Shown one piece after another: positions 30,736 to 41,416 of a stretch of DNA of 64,000 nt. Source of the stretch: an uncultured Chloroflexia bacterium (GTDB taxonomy: Bacteria > Chloroflexota > Anaerolineae > CG2-30-64-16). The stretch is taken from contig CAWEMM010000008.1 of assembly GCA_963810095.1 (NCBI GenBank), positions 96,001 to 160,000 of the forward strand, written 5' to 3'. The notes under the pieces were generated by a model. The model saw only the letters and a program-made list of their open reading frames with translations. It made no database searches and had not been told where the DNA came from. How positions within the stretch are numbered: the first letter of the stretch is position 1; every line of letters begins with the position of its first letter. The position numbers and the translations under genes were made by a program.

Positions 30736-32253
30736 AAGCCTTCCTGATGTATCCGCAGCGGGATTTCGACGTGAAGCAGGCGTTGCCGCCGAATGCAGAA
30801 GCCCTGGTGCAGGACCTCGAGCTCAGCACCTTGTTCGCCGCGATGGCGCACGGCGACAAGTTCCTGTTCGAGGTGGCCCGGGTTGCCGTTTTGTCCGGCG
30901 CGGACGCCGACGTGCGCACGATCCTGTATCGGCAGGGCGTGCTCAAAGACTGCCTGAACCATGCGGCGCTCATTCGGCAGATCTACGACTTGGCTGTGGA
31001 CACCATCGAACGCGAGAAGCATGTGTGGTGGGGCGCATTCGGGAGAATGCCGGACACAATACTGCACCGGTCGGTCGAAGTGCTTGAGCTATTCGTCGGC
31101 GTGCTCAAGACGTTGAGGCGGATCGCCGACGAGCATGTTTCAGGCTTCGAGTCGGAGGGCTTCAAGGCGTTCTTCGCCATGCTCCAGCGGGAGCTCGACG
31201 ACGTGTTCTTTGCCGAGGTCCAGCAGCACGTGCGCAATCTCAAGTTTCGCGACGGCATCCTGGTCAGCGCGCAGCTCGGCCAGGGCAACCGGGGGGTGGA
31301 CTACGTGCTGCGAAAGCCGAACCGCAAGCAAGGCAACTGGTTCCAGCAGGCATTGGGGCCGCGGCCGACCGCCTATTCCTTCCGTATCGCGGATCGGGAC
31401 GACAACGGTGCGCGGGCCCTCTCCGAGTTGCGGGACCGGGGCGTCAACCTGGTGGCAAACGCGGCCGCCCAGTCATGCGACCACATCCTTTCGTTCCTCA
31501 CGCTGCTGCGCACCGAGCTCGCCTTCTACGTGGGTTGTCTGAACCTGCACGACCGGCTACAGGAGAAAGCCACGGCAACGTCCTTCCCGGTTCCCTTGCC
31601 GCCGACGGAGTGCCGGCACACGGCGCGCGGGCTGTACGACGTTTGCCTGGCACTCGTCGTCGACCAGCCGGTGGTGGATAACGACCTGGACGCTGACGGC
31701 AAGAACCTTGTCGTCATCACCGGCGCGAACCAGGGGGGCAAGTCTACCTTCCTGCGGGCCATTGGCCTGGCCCAGACGATGATGCAGTGCGGCATGTTCG
31801 TGCCGGCCGAGGCGCTGACAGCGAACGTCGCGGATCGCGTCTTCACGCACTATAAGCGCGAGGAAGATGAGAGCATGAAAAGCGGCAAACTCGACGAGGA
31901 GTTGGGCCGGATGAGCGAGATCGTGGACCACATGACCCCGGATTCCCTGCTGTTGCTAAACGAGTCGTTTGCCGCTACGAACGAGCGGGAGGGATCGGAG
32001 ATCGCGAGGCAGATCGTCACCGCACTGCTGGAGCGCGGGATCAAGCTCTTCTACGTGACGCACCTATACACATTCGCCCGCGCGATGTATGATAAGAATC
32101 TATCTCATGCCCTGTTCTTGCAGGCCGAACGGCGCGAGGACGGCGAGCGCACGTTCAAGCTGGTTGCCGGTACGCCATCGCAAACGAGCTTCGGCCCGGA
32201 CCTGTACGAGAAGGTTTTTGCACGGGACGGCTCGGTCGGCCGAGGTTTCGTAG
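30732..32253 (+). CDS. MutS-related ATPase B (reads in frame with both neighbours in this assembly)
   Basis: GTG with AAGGAG; KAFLMYP..DF; [10 protein letters not shown]; [12 protein letters not shown]; VTH; SFGPDLY. Confidence 0.85.
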
Positions 32254-32270
32254 ACGCCGGAGTATCGCCC

Positions 32271-33959
32271 TTGGAAACCATTGTCACGGTCCTTCGGGAC
32301 GGCAAGCCGACAAACATCGGAGAGGACGCGCTGCGCAAGGGAGACACCTTGCTCCTCCAGGCGGGCGAACTCGTCGCGGCCGATCTGAAGCTGGTCGGGG
32401 CCAGGGGCCTGGAAGTCGACGAATGGGACCTGACCGGCGAGATCGTGCCCGTTGCGAAGCGCGTCGACGGACACGAGGACGTCTTCGTTTACCGCGGCAG
32501 CCGGGTGACACGCGGGAATGGCAGCGGCGTGGTCACGGCCGTCGGGGAAGCGACAGAGTACGCCCAGTGCGTGAAGCAGTCCTGGGAGCGCACGCGTTAT
32601 CGCCGGCCGTCGGCTCCTCACCCGGGGCTCCTTCGTCGTGTTGGCCCTCCTGGCGCCGCCCTTTGCCATGGCCGCGGTGCGGCACGAGAACGGGATCTTG
32701 CTGGGGCTCCTCGCCGCCGCCTTGGCCGTCCTCGCTGTCGTTCTTGAGAACAGCGCGCTGTTCGACTATGCGGTGACCGGGAAGGAAGTCAGCCGGATCG
32801 AGCAACAGGGCATTCAGATGCGTGACGTTGGTGCACTTGAAGTGATGGAGCGCCTGAATGTCCTGTGCGTGGACAAGACCGGCGTCCTGACGACCCGCGA
32901 CCTGAAGGTGAAGGAGATCTACCTGGCAGATGGTCCCTGCGAGCTGGCGGTACTTTGGCACCAACGAGGAGCCGGCCACGCTGGTCCGCACCGGCTGCGC
33001 GCTCTGCAACGACGTAATGTATGCCGAGAAAGCGAGCCTGGCCGCGCCGATCGATCGGGCCCTCATCGCGTTCGCGCGGGCCAGCGGGACCGACATCGCG
33101 GACGCGCACCAGACCTATCACAGGGTGTACGACAAGCCGTTCGATTCCGAGGAGCGCTACATGGCCTGTGGCTTCGAATCTGGCGAGAAGACCGTGTTCT
33201 TTGCCAAGGGCGACCCGGACGTCGTGCTGAAAATGTGCGGCACGTACAGCACGCCCTCGGGCAGTCAGCAGAAGCTAGACTTGCCTTTCTGGATATCCAC
33301 GCGAACTCATGCCGAATCGATCAGCAAGGCGGGCGACGTGGTCATGGCGCTGGCCTACGGCGTCGGGGGATCGGCGACACCTCCGCTGCACTACACGTTT
33401 CTCTGCCTGATCCAGCTCGAGAATCCGCTTCAGCCAAACGTGCCCGGCACGCTGCGCGAGCTCAGGGGGAGGGCATCCGTACTGTGATGCTGACCGGCGA
33501 TAGGACAGAGACCGCGTCAAAATCGCGGTCGCGGCCGGCATTGCCTCGGACGAGAGGCTGTGTCTGACCGGCCGGCTGATGGCGCACATGGGCGCGTTTG
33601 ATATCCGCGAGCAGGCAACCTTCATCCCCATCTTTGCGCGGCTCCTGCCATCACAAAAGGCGCTCATCGTCAGGCTATTGCAGCAGAAGAACAAGGTCGT
33701 GGCCATGGTGGGTGACGGGGCAAACGACACACTGGCGTTGAAGGCGGCGGACGTCGGCATGGCCTTTGGCAGCGACGCGTCGCCCATGGCGAAGCGGGTA
33801 GCCCCCATCCTCATCAACGACCTGGCCGATCTGGTTACGCTTGTTGAAGGCGGCAGGCGCATTCACGAGCGCCTGGGTGAACTGGCCATGTTCCGGGTCG
33901 CGCTGCTGATCGTGATGTTCCTGGGGCTGTATGGGTGGGTATATAGCTTGTTGAGATAG
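32271..33959 (+). CDS. Atypical, membrane-reduced P-type (HAD-IC) ATPase (several frameshifts)
   Basis: A-domain VLRDG...LTGE, DKTGVLT phosphorylation site, PFDSE, KG, MLTGD, GDGAND; only about 3 hydrophobic segments. Confidence 0.75.
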
Positions 33960-33997
33960 GACAAGAGCCGGGAGTGGAAGCGGGTGAACCTCAATAG

Positions 33998-35118
33998 TCA
34001 GCTATTGCCAAGCAGTAGTATGAGCGCCTCTCTCCGTAAGGCCAGCCGAACCGGCTCGCCTGCCTCCAGGCTAAGCGGCGTGTAGCTATACGGCGGGTGT
34101 GACACCTCGATCTGGTGCCCGTTCGGCAGCAGCACCTTCAGGCGCCGGGCGCCAGGCCGCAGGTAGCTCTCGATGATCCGTCCGGTCACCACGTTGTGCC
34201 GAACGGTCTCCGACAGCGGTCGATCCACGTAGAGCACCTTGACGTCTTCGGGACGGATGTAAGCTGTCACGGTGCTGCCCGGCTCAACCTCCTGCGGCGG
34301 CGCAGTAAGGGACATGCCGTCCCAGTCGAGAGTCAGACCGCCTGCCTCCGCCGCGACCACTTGCGCACGGAATACGTTCGCGATCCCCATGATTTGGGCC
34401 ACGTCGGCGTTGGCGGGATACCGAAAGACCTCGTCGATGGGGCCGACCTGTTTGACCTCGCCGTCGCGCATGATGGCCAGGCGCCGCCCCACTGCAAAGG
34501 CGTCTTCGAGACGGTGCGTTACGTACACGACAGGCAAACGCAGTTCGCGCTGCAGCGCGACAAGGTCCAGCTGGAGGCGATGGCGTGCGGCGACATCAAG
34601 GGCCGAAAAGGGCTCGTCCAGGAGGAGAACACGAGGTGCTGCCGCCAGGGCGCGGGCAATTGCGATGCGCTGTTGCTGCCCCCCGAAAGTCGCTCGGGGT
34701 AGCGATCCGCCAGGTGAGGGATGCCCATGCGATCCAGCAGCTCAGCAGCGCGCTTCCGCCCTTCCCGACCTTGCAATGGGTAAGCTACATTCTCAAGTGC
34801 GGTGAGGTGCGGAAATAGTGCATAGTGTTGAAATACATAGCCCAAGCGCCGAGCGTGGGCGGGGAGGTTCACCGTCGGGGTTCCAGCCTCTCGCTGGAAG
34901 AGTATCTGTCCGCCCAGGGTGATCCGGCCCCGCTCGGGAACGATCAACCCGGCGATGGCGTTCAGGGTTGTCGTCTTGCCCGACCCGGAAGGGCCGAACA
35001 ACACGAGGACCTCGGCGTCTACCTGCAAATGCACGTGCAACTCAAAGTTCAACTGCCGGACGGAGAACCCAGCGTAGAGACAAGGAGTCGGGCAAGGGTC
35101 CGAAACGTTGTCCATCAT
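33998..35118 (-). CDS. modC: Molybdate/tungstate ABC transporter ATPase (frameshift near 34680)
   Basis: GPSGSGKT, FQHYALFPHL, LSGG, LLDEPFSALD, VTH, TOBE-like C-terminus. Confidence 0.85.
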
Positions 35119-35119
35119 G

Positions 35120-35798
35120 CTAACCTTGCTCGGCTGGGTCCAAGGCAACAGGGGCCCGCCTGGGCTGTTCGAACCGGCGCACCGCCCACAGACTTAGGAA
35201 GGCTAGCGCGGTCATCAGCACCACCATCGCGTTGGCCTGGTCATACTGGCGGTTCTGCACGGCGTCGTAGACCGCGAGCGGCAAGGTCTGTGTGCGGCCG
35301 GGAATGTTCCCGGCAACCATGAGGGTGGCGCCGAACTCGCCGAAGGCGCGCGTCGCGGCCAGTACCAGCCCGGCGAGGATACCGCGGCGTGCGAGCGGCA
35401 GCGTCACGCGGCGCAATAGCGCGAGCTCGGAGGAGCCCAACGTGCGAGCAGCCTGCTCGAGCGCCGGGTCCACTCCCGCGATGGCGGCACGCGCGGCCTG
35501 CACGAGCAGCGGCAGCCCGACGATCGCCGACGCCAGGGCCGCCGCGGGCCAGGTGAACAGGATGCGCCAGCCAAACCACTCCACCACCGGACTGCCGCGG
35601 CCCAAGAGCAAGCAGCAGGTAATAACCGACGACGGAGGGCGGCAGAATCAATGGGAGCATGATGACGGCCTCTACGATCGTGGCGCCTCGGAACTTCTTG
35701 CGCGCCAACAACAGGGCGAGGGGAAGTCCACCGACGATCATCAGGACGGTCGCAACGGCCGTAACCTGGAGCGATAACAGCAGTGGGTGCCAGCTCAT
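35120..35798 (-). CDS. modB: Molybdate ABC permease (frameshift near 35605)
   Basis: LPLILPPSVVGYYLL, ARTLG, RAFGEFGAT, GNIPGRTQTLPLAVY. Confidence 0.9.
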
Positions 35799-36632
35799 TG
35801 CACGGGCGCCTCGCCGGGTAAGATAAAGCCGTACTTGCGCATGATCAGCCGTCCTTGAGGTCCGTTCACGAACTCGGCAAACGTGCGGCGCCGCAGCCTC
35901 GTGCGGCGTGCCCTTAATGACTGCCAGCGCCTGGTCGATCGGCGGATGCAGCTCTTGCGGAATGAGCGTGTAGCGACCGGGAGCTCCCTGGGCGGCTGCC
36001 GGGATGCTTAACGACAGGGCGACGATCGCTACCTCCACGTTGCCGGTTTCGGCGTACTGCAGGGTCTGACTGACATTCTCGCCGAGCACCAGCTTGGGCT
36101 GCACTGCGTCCCAGATGCCTGCCGACTGCATGGCCTGGCGCGCGGCGACACCGTAAGGCGCGTGGTCCGGGTTGGCAATCGCGACGTGGACGATCTCGGG
36201 GCGTGTCAGGTCCTCCAGCTGGGTGACCTCCAGCGGGCTATCGGCACGGCTCCAGAGCGCGATGCGACCTCGCGTGTACAGATGTTTCGTGTCCGGTAGG
36301 ATCAGATCCTGCTTTTCCAGGTCATCGATGTAGCTCTGGTTCGCGGCCGCAAATACGTCAACGGGTGCGCCCTTCTCGATCTGCTGCGCGAGCTGCCCGG
36401 TCGAGCCGAAGTTGAACACGACCTTGTTCCCGGTGTCGGCCTCGAACTGCTTACCAATCTCGCCGAAGGCGTAAGTCAGGTCGGCAGCAGCGGACACGGT
36501 GAGGGTGACCGGTTGCTGCTGAGCCGGCGCACGGGAAGCGGCTGGCAGCCGGCCAGGACCAGGCAGGCCAGTATCAGTAGGGGAAAGCGCGGTAGACCCG
36601 GCACGCTGCGAGAGTCGGGTGTGGCGTATCAT
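35795..36632 (-). CDS. modA: Molybdate-binding periplasmic lipoprotein (frameshifts)
   Basis: SAAADL, FGSTGQLAQQI..GAPVDVF, ANPDHAPYG, GENVSQ. Confidence 0.88.
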
Positions 36633-37181
36633 GGAGCTTCCGTTGTGTGTGGGGAGCAGCGGGAAACCGCCAGGCGGCGAAACTCATCGAGCGCATCCAG
36701 GGTCGCCTGGACCTGCGCCTCGCGCAAGTGATGAACCAGGGCGACCACGTCGTTCTCGAAATGTCTGCTGCTGTGCCTGATTGAGCCAGTCGCCAAGCGC
36801 ACGCTTTTGCGCGTCAATGAGTCTCGACTGCTTCGGACGGGTCCCGGCGCAGTGCCATCCAGACCCTGGCCAGGAGTGCGGTTCGCAGGTTACGCGGCCG
36901 GACTTCGGGGGTGCGAATCCACTGCTCAAAAGCCGCGCGGCCGCTGTTCGGTCGGTTCAAACATGTCCGTGCCGGCCCCTTCGATTGCTCTTCGGCCAAC
37001 TCGACGATGAAGGCCTTCTGCTTGAGCTTGCCCAGCAGGAAGTAAATCTCGCTGCGCTCAATCCGCCAGATCGCGCGCAGAGCTGCATCCGCTTGCACGA
37101 AACGCGAAGCTCGTAGCCGTGGATCGGGCGTTCGCACAGCAGCCCCAGGATGATGTTCTCACTTGGCCAATCAGCATGCAC
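36629..37181 (-). CDS. PadR-family regulator (frameshifted) heading modABC
   Basis: ILGLLCERPIHGYEL, WRIERSEIYFLL.KL, split over three frames; TTGACA-N17-TATACT promoter at 37270-37242 on the minus strand. Confidence 0.72.
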
Positions 37182-37266
37182 AGAGGACGCTCCGAACCAA
37201 TGGTGGAGAGACTATTCAGAATCTAACCACGACTCGGTTGCAGTATAGGGCTTGTCATTGTGCATG

Positions 37267-38892
37267 TCAATTGTGACGGACAACGCGGAAGAGGATGCAA
37301 GAGGTGACAGAGAAAGGACCGGCGGGAGAACGGTCGCCGGGGGTCCTGGCTGCCCAGGCGCCCACGCGACCCCGGCACAGTGGAGGCGCTGCGGGCTGTG
37401 CCGTCAGGTACGTCCAGCGTCCACGCTCCAAGACGCTCGAGCAGGCCCTCAATCGATCCGCCCGAAAGCCTGCCCAGGCCTCGACGGCGGACCGCGCGAC
37501 GTCCTCCGAAACGGGTGCGGCACTGTAGCGCGCTTGCATATAGGCGTCCGTAATCGTAGCCAGCGCGGCGCCTTGCTCCGGATGCGCAGCGCTCAGGCTC
37601 GCCAGGTACTCCAGCGGCGTGACGCCGGGCGGCGACCGCCCGCCCCGTCAGCAGCCCATGCCAGCAACGCCTGGTAGACCCGCCGGACCTGCGCGGCGGG
37701 ATCGTCTCCGACGACGGACGCGAAGGGCGGGGGCGCCTCAGTGCGTTTTCGGCCTTTAAGCAGGTTGCCCAGCTGCGCGTGGAGCAGGTCGAGTGAGAGC
37801 ACGCTCTCGCGCTGCTCTTCGACATCCTCCTCGCTGTAGGTGCGAAAACGGCGGAACGCCAGGGCGAACAAGAAAAAGACGAGCGCCGCAACGAGTGCGG
37901 CCCCGACTACGCGGAAGATAAGGTAGGCGGTCGGCGACAGGCCGGCCGGCTGTTGCTGTAGATCACCAAACTGGTCGGCCAGGCTCGGGGGTGTCTGGAT
38001 GTTGACATCCGATAGGGTGAGCGGCCGGAAGTGAAGGACCAGGCCGACGAGGCCGCCTACTTTGAACACGACCCAGGCGATGGCAAGGATAACCCAATAG
38101 AGGATTCGTGCGACTATGTCGAGCACGCCGGACAGCGCGGCCATAAGCTTGCTGACGGCCGAGGGCGTAAAGAGCTGCGCCAGCAGCAGGCCGCTCACTA
38201 ACAAGGCTGCGATGACCACGACCACGGTGACAGCCCAATAGCGTGTCAGGCGGAAGGCTGATGGGTCGGGCGCCCCTTGAGCGCGCGCGGTGCTGCGCAA
38301 GCTGGCGATGGCGAGGCTTGCGAGCCCCAAGGCAAAGAACGCCAGGATGGGCGACAGCATGGCGCCCAGGCCTACGGGATCAAGCGCATAGTGCCAGATT
38401 GCCGCTCCGCCCAGGGCAAAGACGCCCAACGCGAAGTTGGCCGCATAGGTATCGTAGCCGGGGGTATCGCGGCCCGCAAGCAAGCCCCACCACCACAGCC
38501 ACGCTGCGAAGATGACGATCACAATGGCCTCGAGCGGCTGGTTTGCGAGCGAGAATAACCAGGCGCGGCTCCAGAGCGGGAAGCGCGCCGCTGCCGAGCG
38601 CCGCGTAGAGGGTGAGGGCGATCGCGAGCAGGCCGGCGCACGCGACAAGCAGCTGGCCTTGGCGCTCCGAGCGAATCCGGAAGGCGGCGGTCTCGGCTGC
38701 GGCTGTACTCAGAGCCAGGAGCGCAAGGATGATGGGGAAGCCGATCAGCTCACCGTGGCCAGGACCCCGGACGGATGCACTAAGGACGAAGAGCAGGGCA
38801 TAGACCCAGACGGCTCGCATGCCGGCAAGGAGATACGGCAGAAGGCCGTTGTCGATCGGGTGCCACTTGCGATCATGCAGGTCGAGACGCAT
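37267..38892 (-). CDS. DUF4129-type multi-pass membrane protein (frameshifted; 3' end uncertain)
   Basis: Many TM helices, then VRRVYQALL...TPLEY...ITDAYMQARYS C-terminal motif; third gene of the moxR operon. Confidence 0.7.
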
Positions 38893-40105
38893 CGAGCACG
38901 AGCTCCGTCAGGTGGTTGTAGGCCGAGCGGCCGCCGATCCAGAAGGTCGGAATGTCAGGAGAAAACGTGCGCGGTGGCGCGTCCCCGACGGTGACCAGCC
39001 CGACCGGATGGCGGGCTGCGCGCACGTCCAGCAGTACGGCGGCAAGGTCGGTATTGGGCACCGCGGTAATGACAAGGACGGTTGCGCCGAAGGGGAGCCG
39101 CGGCGTCTCGACCTGGAGCATGTGTTTGAAATCGGCTGCCGTGAGCCCGGACAAGCGGGCGAGGCCATCCAGGATATCGAACCAGTGATCGGGCCGGCGC
39201 GAGGGCGGGAGGCGCAGGGTGAGCGCTCCCGTCCCGCGCCACCCCCCGTTCACGTAAAGTCCGACCGCATGGCGCTGGTCGAGCAAGTGGCGCGCCAGTG
39301 ACGCCGCGGCACTGATCCCGTATTCGAGGTATTCGGGTACGTAGCCCGGCGAATCGGGTAGTGTGCGAAGGTCAAGGAACAGGCCGGTCACCTGCGCTGC
39401 GCTGGGATCGAAAGTCCTGGTCTGGAGCTCGCCCCGCCGGGCGGTGGCGCGCCAATGAATCGTGCGCAAGCTGTCGCCTGCTGCGTAGGCACGGACGCCG
39501 GAAATCCGCAGCGGATCGTCGGCCACGCGGCGCAAGGCCTTCTCGTCGCCGAAAGGATACCCGGCGGGCAGCCGGAACGGTGCAACGGGCACGACGCGTG
39601 GGTAGACGATGAGGCGGTCTACTTGGAGCACCTCCTGCTGTTGATCGCGGAACCCGAACATATCGCCTGAGCTAATCTCGGCCGGGCCAAATTCCAGCGC
39701 GCCGCGGTGCACGGCCTGGATCCGGTACCGCTTGCGGATGCGTTGGTAGAAGCGTAGCGAGACGATGTTGATCAGCAGGCGGCGCCCCGGCTTCCAGTGA
39801 TAGTGTAGCGTCCCGCGCAGGAGCTTGACCTCGTTCGGCCACTCATCCTCGACCTTGAGCCAAGATAGCGGCAGCGGCTTAGCGTTGACGATCTCGACCG
39901 TCACGTCCGTCTCCTCCCCAACAAAGAGCCGGGGTTCGCCAAAGTGGCGGGTGTAGGTGACCCCCGCGAGGGCGTAGCGGTCCCAGAGCCCGGTTACGAT
40001 CGCGAGCAGGAGCAGCAAGACGCCGGCCAGGAAGAGCAGGGGGTTGCGCAGCACGAGCGCAATTGCGAGCGCCAGGAACGTCAGCCACTTGAGAAGACGG
40101 CTCAC
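38873..40105 (-). CDS. DUF58-domain protein
   Basis: N-terminal TM; VYPR; GVRAYAAGDSLRTIHWRATARRGEL. Confidence 0.9.
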   Translation of the reverse strand: MSRLLKWLTFLALAIALVLRNPLLFLAGVLLLLLAIVTGLWDRYALAGVTYTRHFGEPRLFVGEETDVTVEIVNAKPLPLSWLKVEDEWPNEVKLLRGTLHYHWKPGRRLLINIVSLRFYQRIRKRYRIQAVHRGALEFGPAEISSGDMFGFRDQQQEVLQVDRLIVYPRVVPVAPFRLPAGYPFGDEKALRRVADDPLRISGVRAYAAGDSLRTIHWRATARRGELQTRTFDPSAAQVTGLFLDLRTLPDSPGYVPEYLEYGISAAASLARHLLDQRHAVGLYVNGGWRGTGALTLRLPPSRRPDHWFDILDGLARLSGLTAADFKHMLQVETPRLPFGATVLVITAVPNTDLAAVLLDVRAARHPVGLVTVGDAPPRTFSPDIPTFWIGGRSAYNHLTELVLDASRPA

Positions 40106-41079
40106 GGGGTGGAGGGCTCCAGCGACCAGGTTTCTTCTACCGGCACAGGCGTGCGGGCGGCGATCTCTAGCAGCACATCGTTGATCGAACGGCCACGCAC
40201 GCGGGACTGGCTGCTGGCAAGCAGGCGGTGAGCCAGGACGGGCTGGAGCAGGCGCTTGACGTCGTCCGGCAGCACGAAGACGCGGCCGGAGAGCGCGGCA
40301 AGCGCCTGGCCAGTGCGGTAGAGAGCGAGAGAGCCGCGCGGGCTCGCGCCCAGCTGCAGAGCTTCATGTTCGCGGGTGGCCCGCACGAGGCGCAGGATGT
40401 AGGTTTCTATGGCCGGATGCACGAAGACCTGGCGGATCGCCTGTTGAAGCCAGAGGATATCCTCCACCGAGGCAACGGGCCGGAGTGTGGCGAGAGGCTG
40501 CTGCTCGCGGAAGCGGCGCAGAATCTGACGCTCATCGTCCTCGCCGGGGTAGCCGAGCGCCAGGCGCAGCAGGAAACGGTCGACCTGGGCCTCGGGCAGC
40601 GGGAACGTGCCCTCCAACTCGATGGGGTTCTGCGTCGCCAGGACGAGGAAGGGCCGGGGGAGTGGGCGGGTGACGCCGTCGACAGTGACCTGGCGTTCTT
40701 CCATCGCCTCGAGCAGGGCTGACTGAGTACGCGGTCCGGCGCGATTCACCTCGTCGGCGAGCAGGATCTGTGCCATAAGCGGGCCGGGGCGATACTCGAA
40801 ATCGAGCGTGCGCTGATTGAAGACGCTCACGCCCGTGATGTCGCCAGGCAACAGGTCGGGCGTGAACTGGATGCGCTGGAAGCTGCATCCGAGCGAGCGG
40901 GCGAGCGCCTTGGCAAGCGTGGTCTTGCCGATGCCCGGCACATCCTCGAGTAGCACGTGGCCTTCACAGGCCAGCGCTACGAGCAGTAGCTCGATGACCT
41001 CGTCCTTCCCCACGATGACCCGTGCCACGCTTTCACGCACGTCGCCCGCGATGCACTGCACCCGTTCGATGTCGGTCAT
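40102..41079 (-). CDS. moxR: MoxR-family AAA+ ATPase
   Basis: LLEDVPGIGKT, RIQFTPDLLPGD, DEVNRA, ATQNPIE.EGTFPLPEAQ.DRF. Confidence 0.95.
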   Translation of the reverse strand: MTDIERVQCIAGDVRESVARVIVGKDEVIELLLVALACEGHVLLEDVPGIGKTTLAKALARSLGCSFQRIQFTPDLLPGDITGVSVFNQRTLDFEYRPGPLMAQILLADEVNRAGPRTQSALLEAMEERQVTVDGVTRPLPRPFLVLATQNPIELEGTFPLPEAQVDRFLLRLALGYPGEDDERQILRRFREQQPLATLRPVASVEDILWLQQAIRQVFVHPAIETYILRLVRATREHEALQLGASPRGSLALYRTGQALAALSGRVFVLPDDVKRLLQPVLAHRLLASSQSRVRGRSINDVLLEIAARTPVPVEETWSLEPSTP

Positions 41080-41135
41080 GCCAAACGGCCTCCTTCTTTA
41101 ATTCTGCCAGTCTCCTGCGGCTGGCCACATAGGGC

Positions 41136-41215
41136 AAACAAAAAGCCTCTACGGAACCGGTCCCGTAGAGGCCATCAGTCGGCAGTCCGACGGTTGACAG
41201 CGAGCCTCATCGCAT
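41136..41215 (-). ncRNA. Fluoride riboswitch 4 (minus strand) with terminator, upstream of moxR
   Basis: Reverse complement: GCGATGAGGCTCGC-TGTCAACC-GTCGG/CCGAC-TGATGGCCTCTAC, then GCCTCTACGG...CCGTAGAGGC-TTTTTGTTT. Confidence 0.9.
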
Positions 41216-41237
41216 GGCGACTGCGTCGCCGAGCAAC

Positions 41238-41288
41238 ATTCTATGCTTGCGATAGGTCGTTGTCAACTGCGCGCCGATCTGGTATAAT
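41238..41288. promoter_or_regulatory. Bidirectional sigma70 promoter with overlapping -35 boxes
   Basis: Plus strand TTGTCA(41260)-N17-TATAAT(41283); minus strand TTGACA(41266-41261)-N17-TAGAAT(41243-41238). Confidence 0.8.
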
Positions 41289-41302
41289 GGGACTAATCGA
41301 AT

Positions 41303-41399
41303 AAGGGATGAGGCTCCCGGCCGGCGCATCGCGCACGGCCTGTCGCAGGACTGATAGCCTCTACCGGCGCGTTGCCGCGTTGGTAGAGGCTTTTTTGTT
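41303..41399 (+). ncRNA. Fluoride riboswitch 3 with terminator
   Basis: GGGATGAGGCTCCC...GTCGCAGGAC-TGATAGCCTCTAC...GGTAGAGGCTTTTTTGTT. Confidence 0.9.
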
Positions 41400-41416
41400 A
41401 CGGTGTGGAGGTCAGT

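Noticed and set aside
29153-32253. DNA mismatch-repair mutS
   Set aside because: About 500-aa proteins with only the ATPase region recognisable, no mismatch-recognition domain and no mutL nearby
29919-32747. 942-aa triple fusion taken at face value
   Set aside because: Internal RBS+start codons and adjacent out-of-frame stops at both junctions, in an indel-rich assembly; kept only as an unproven possibility
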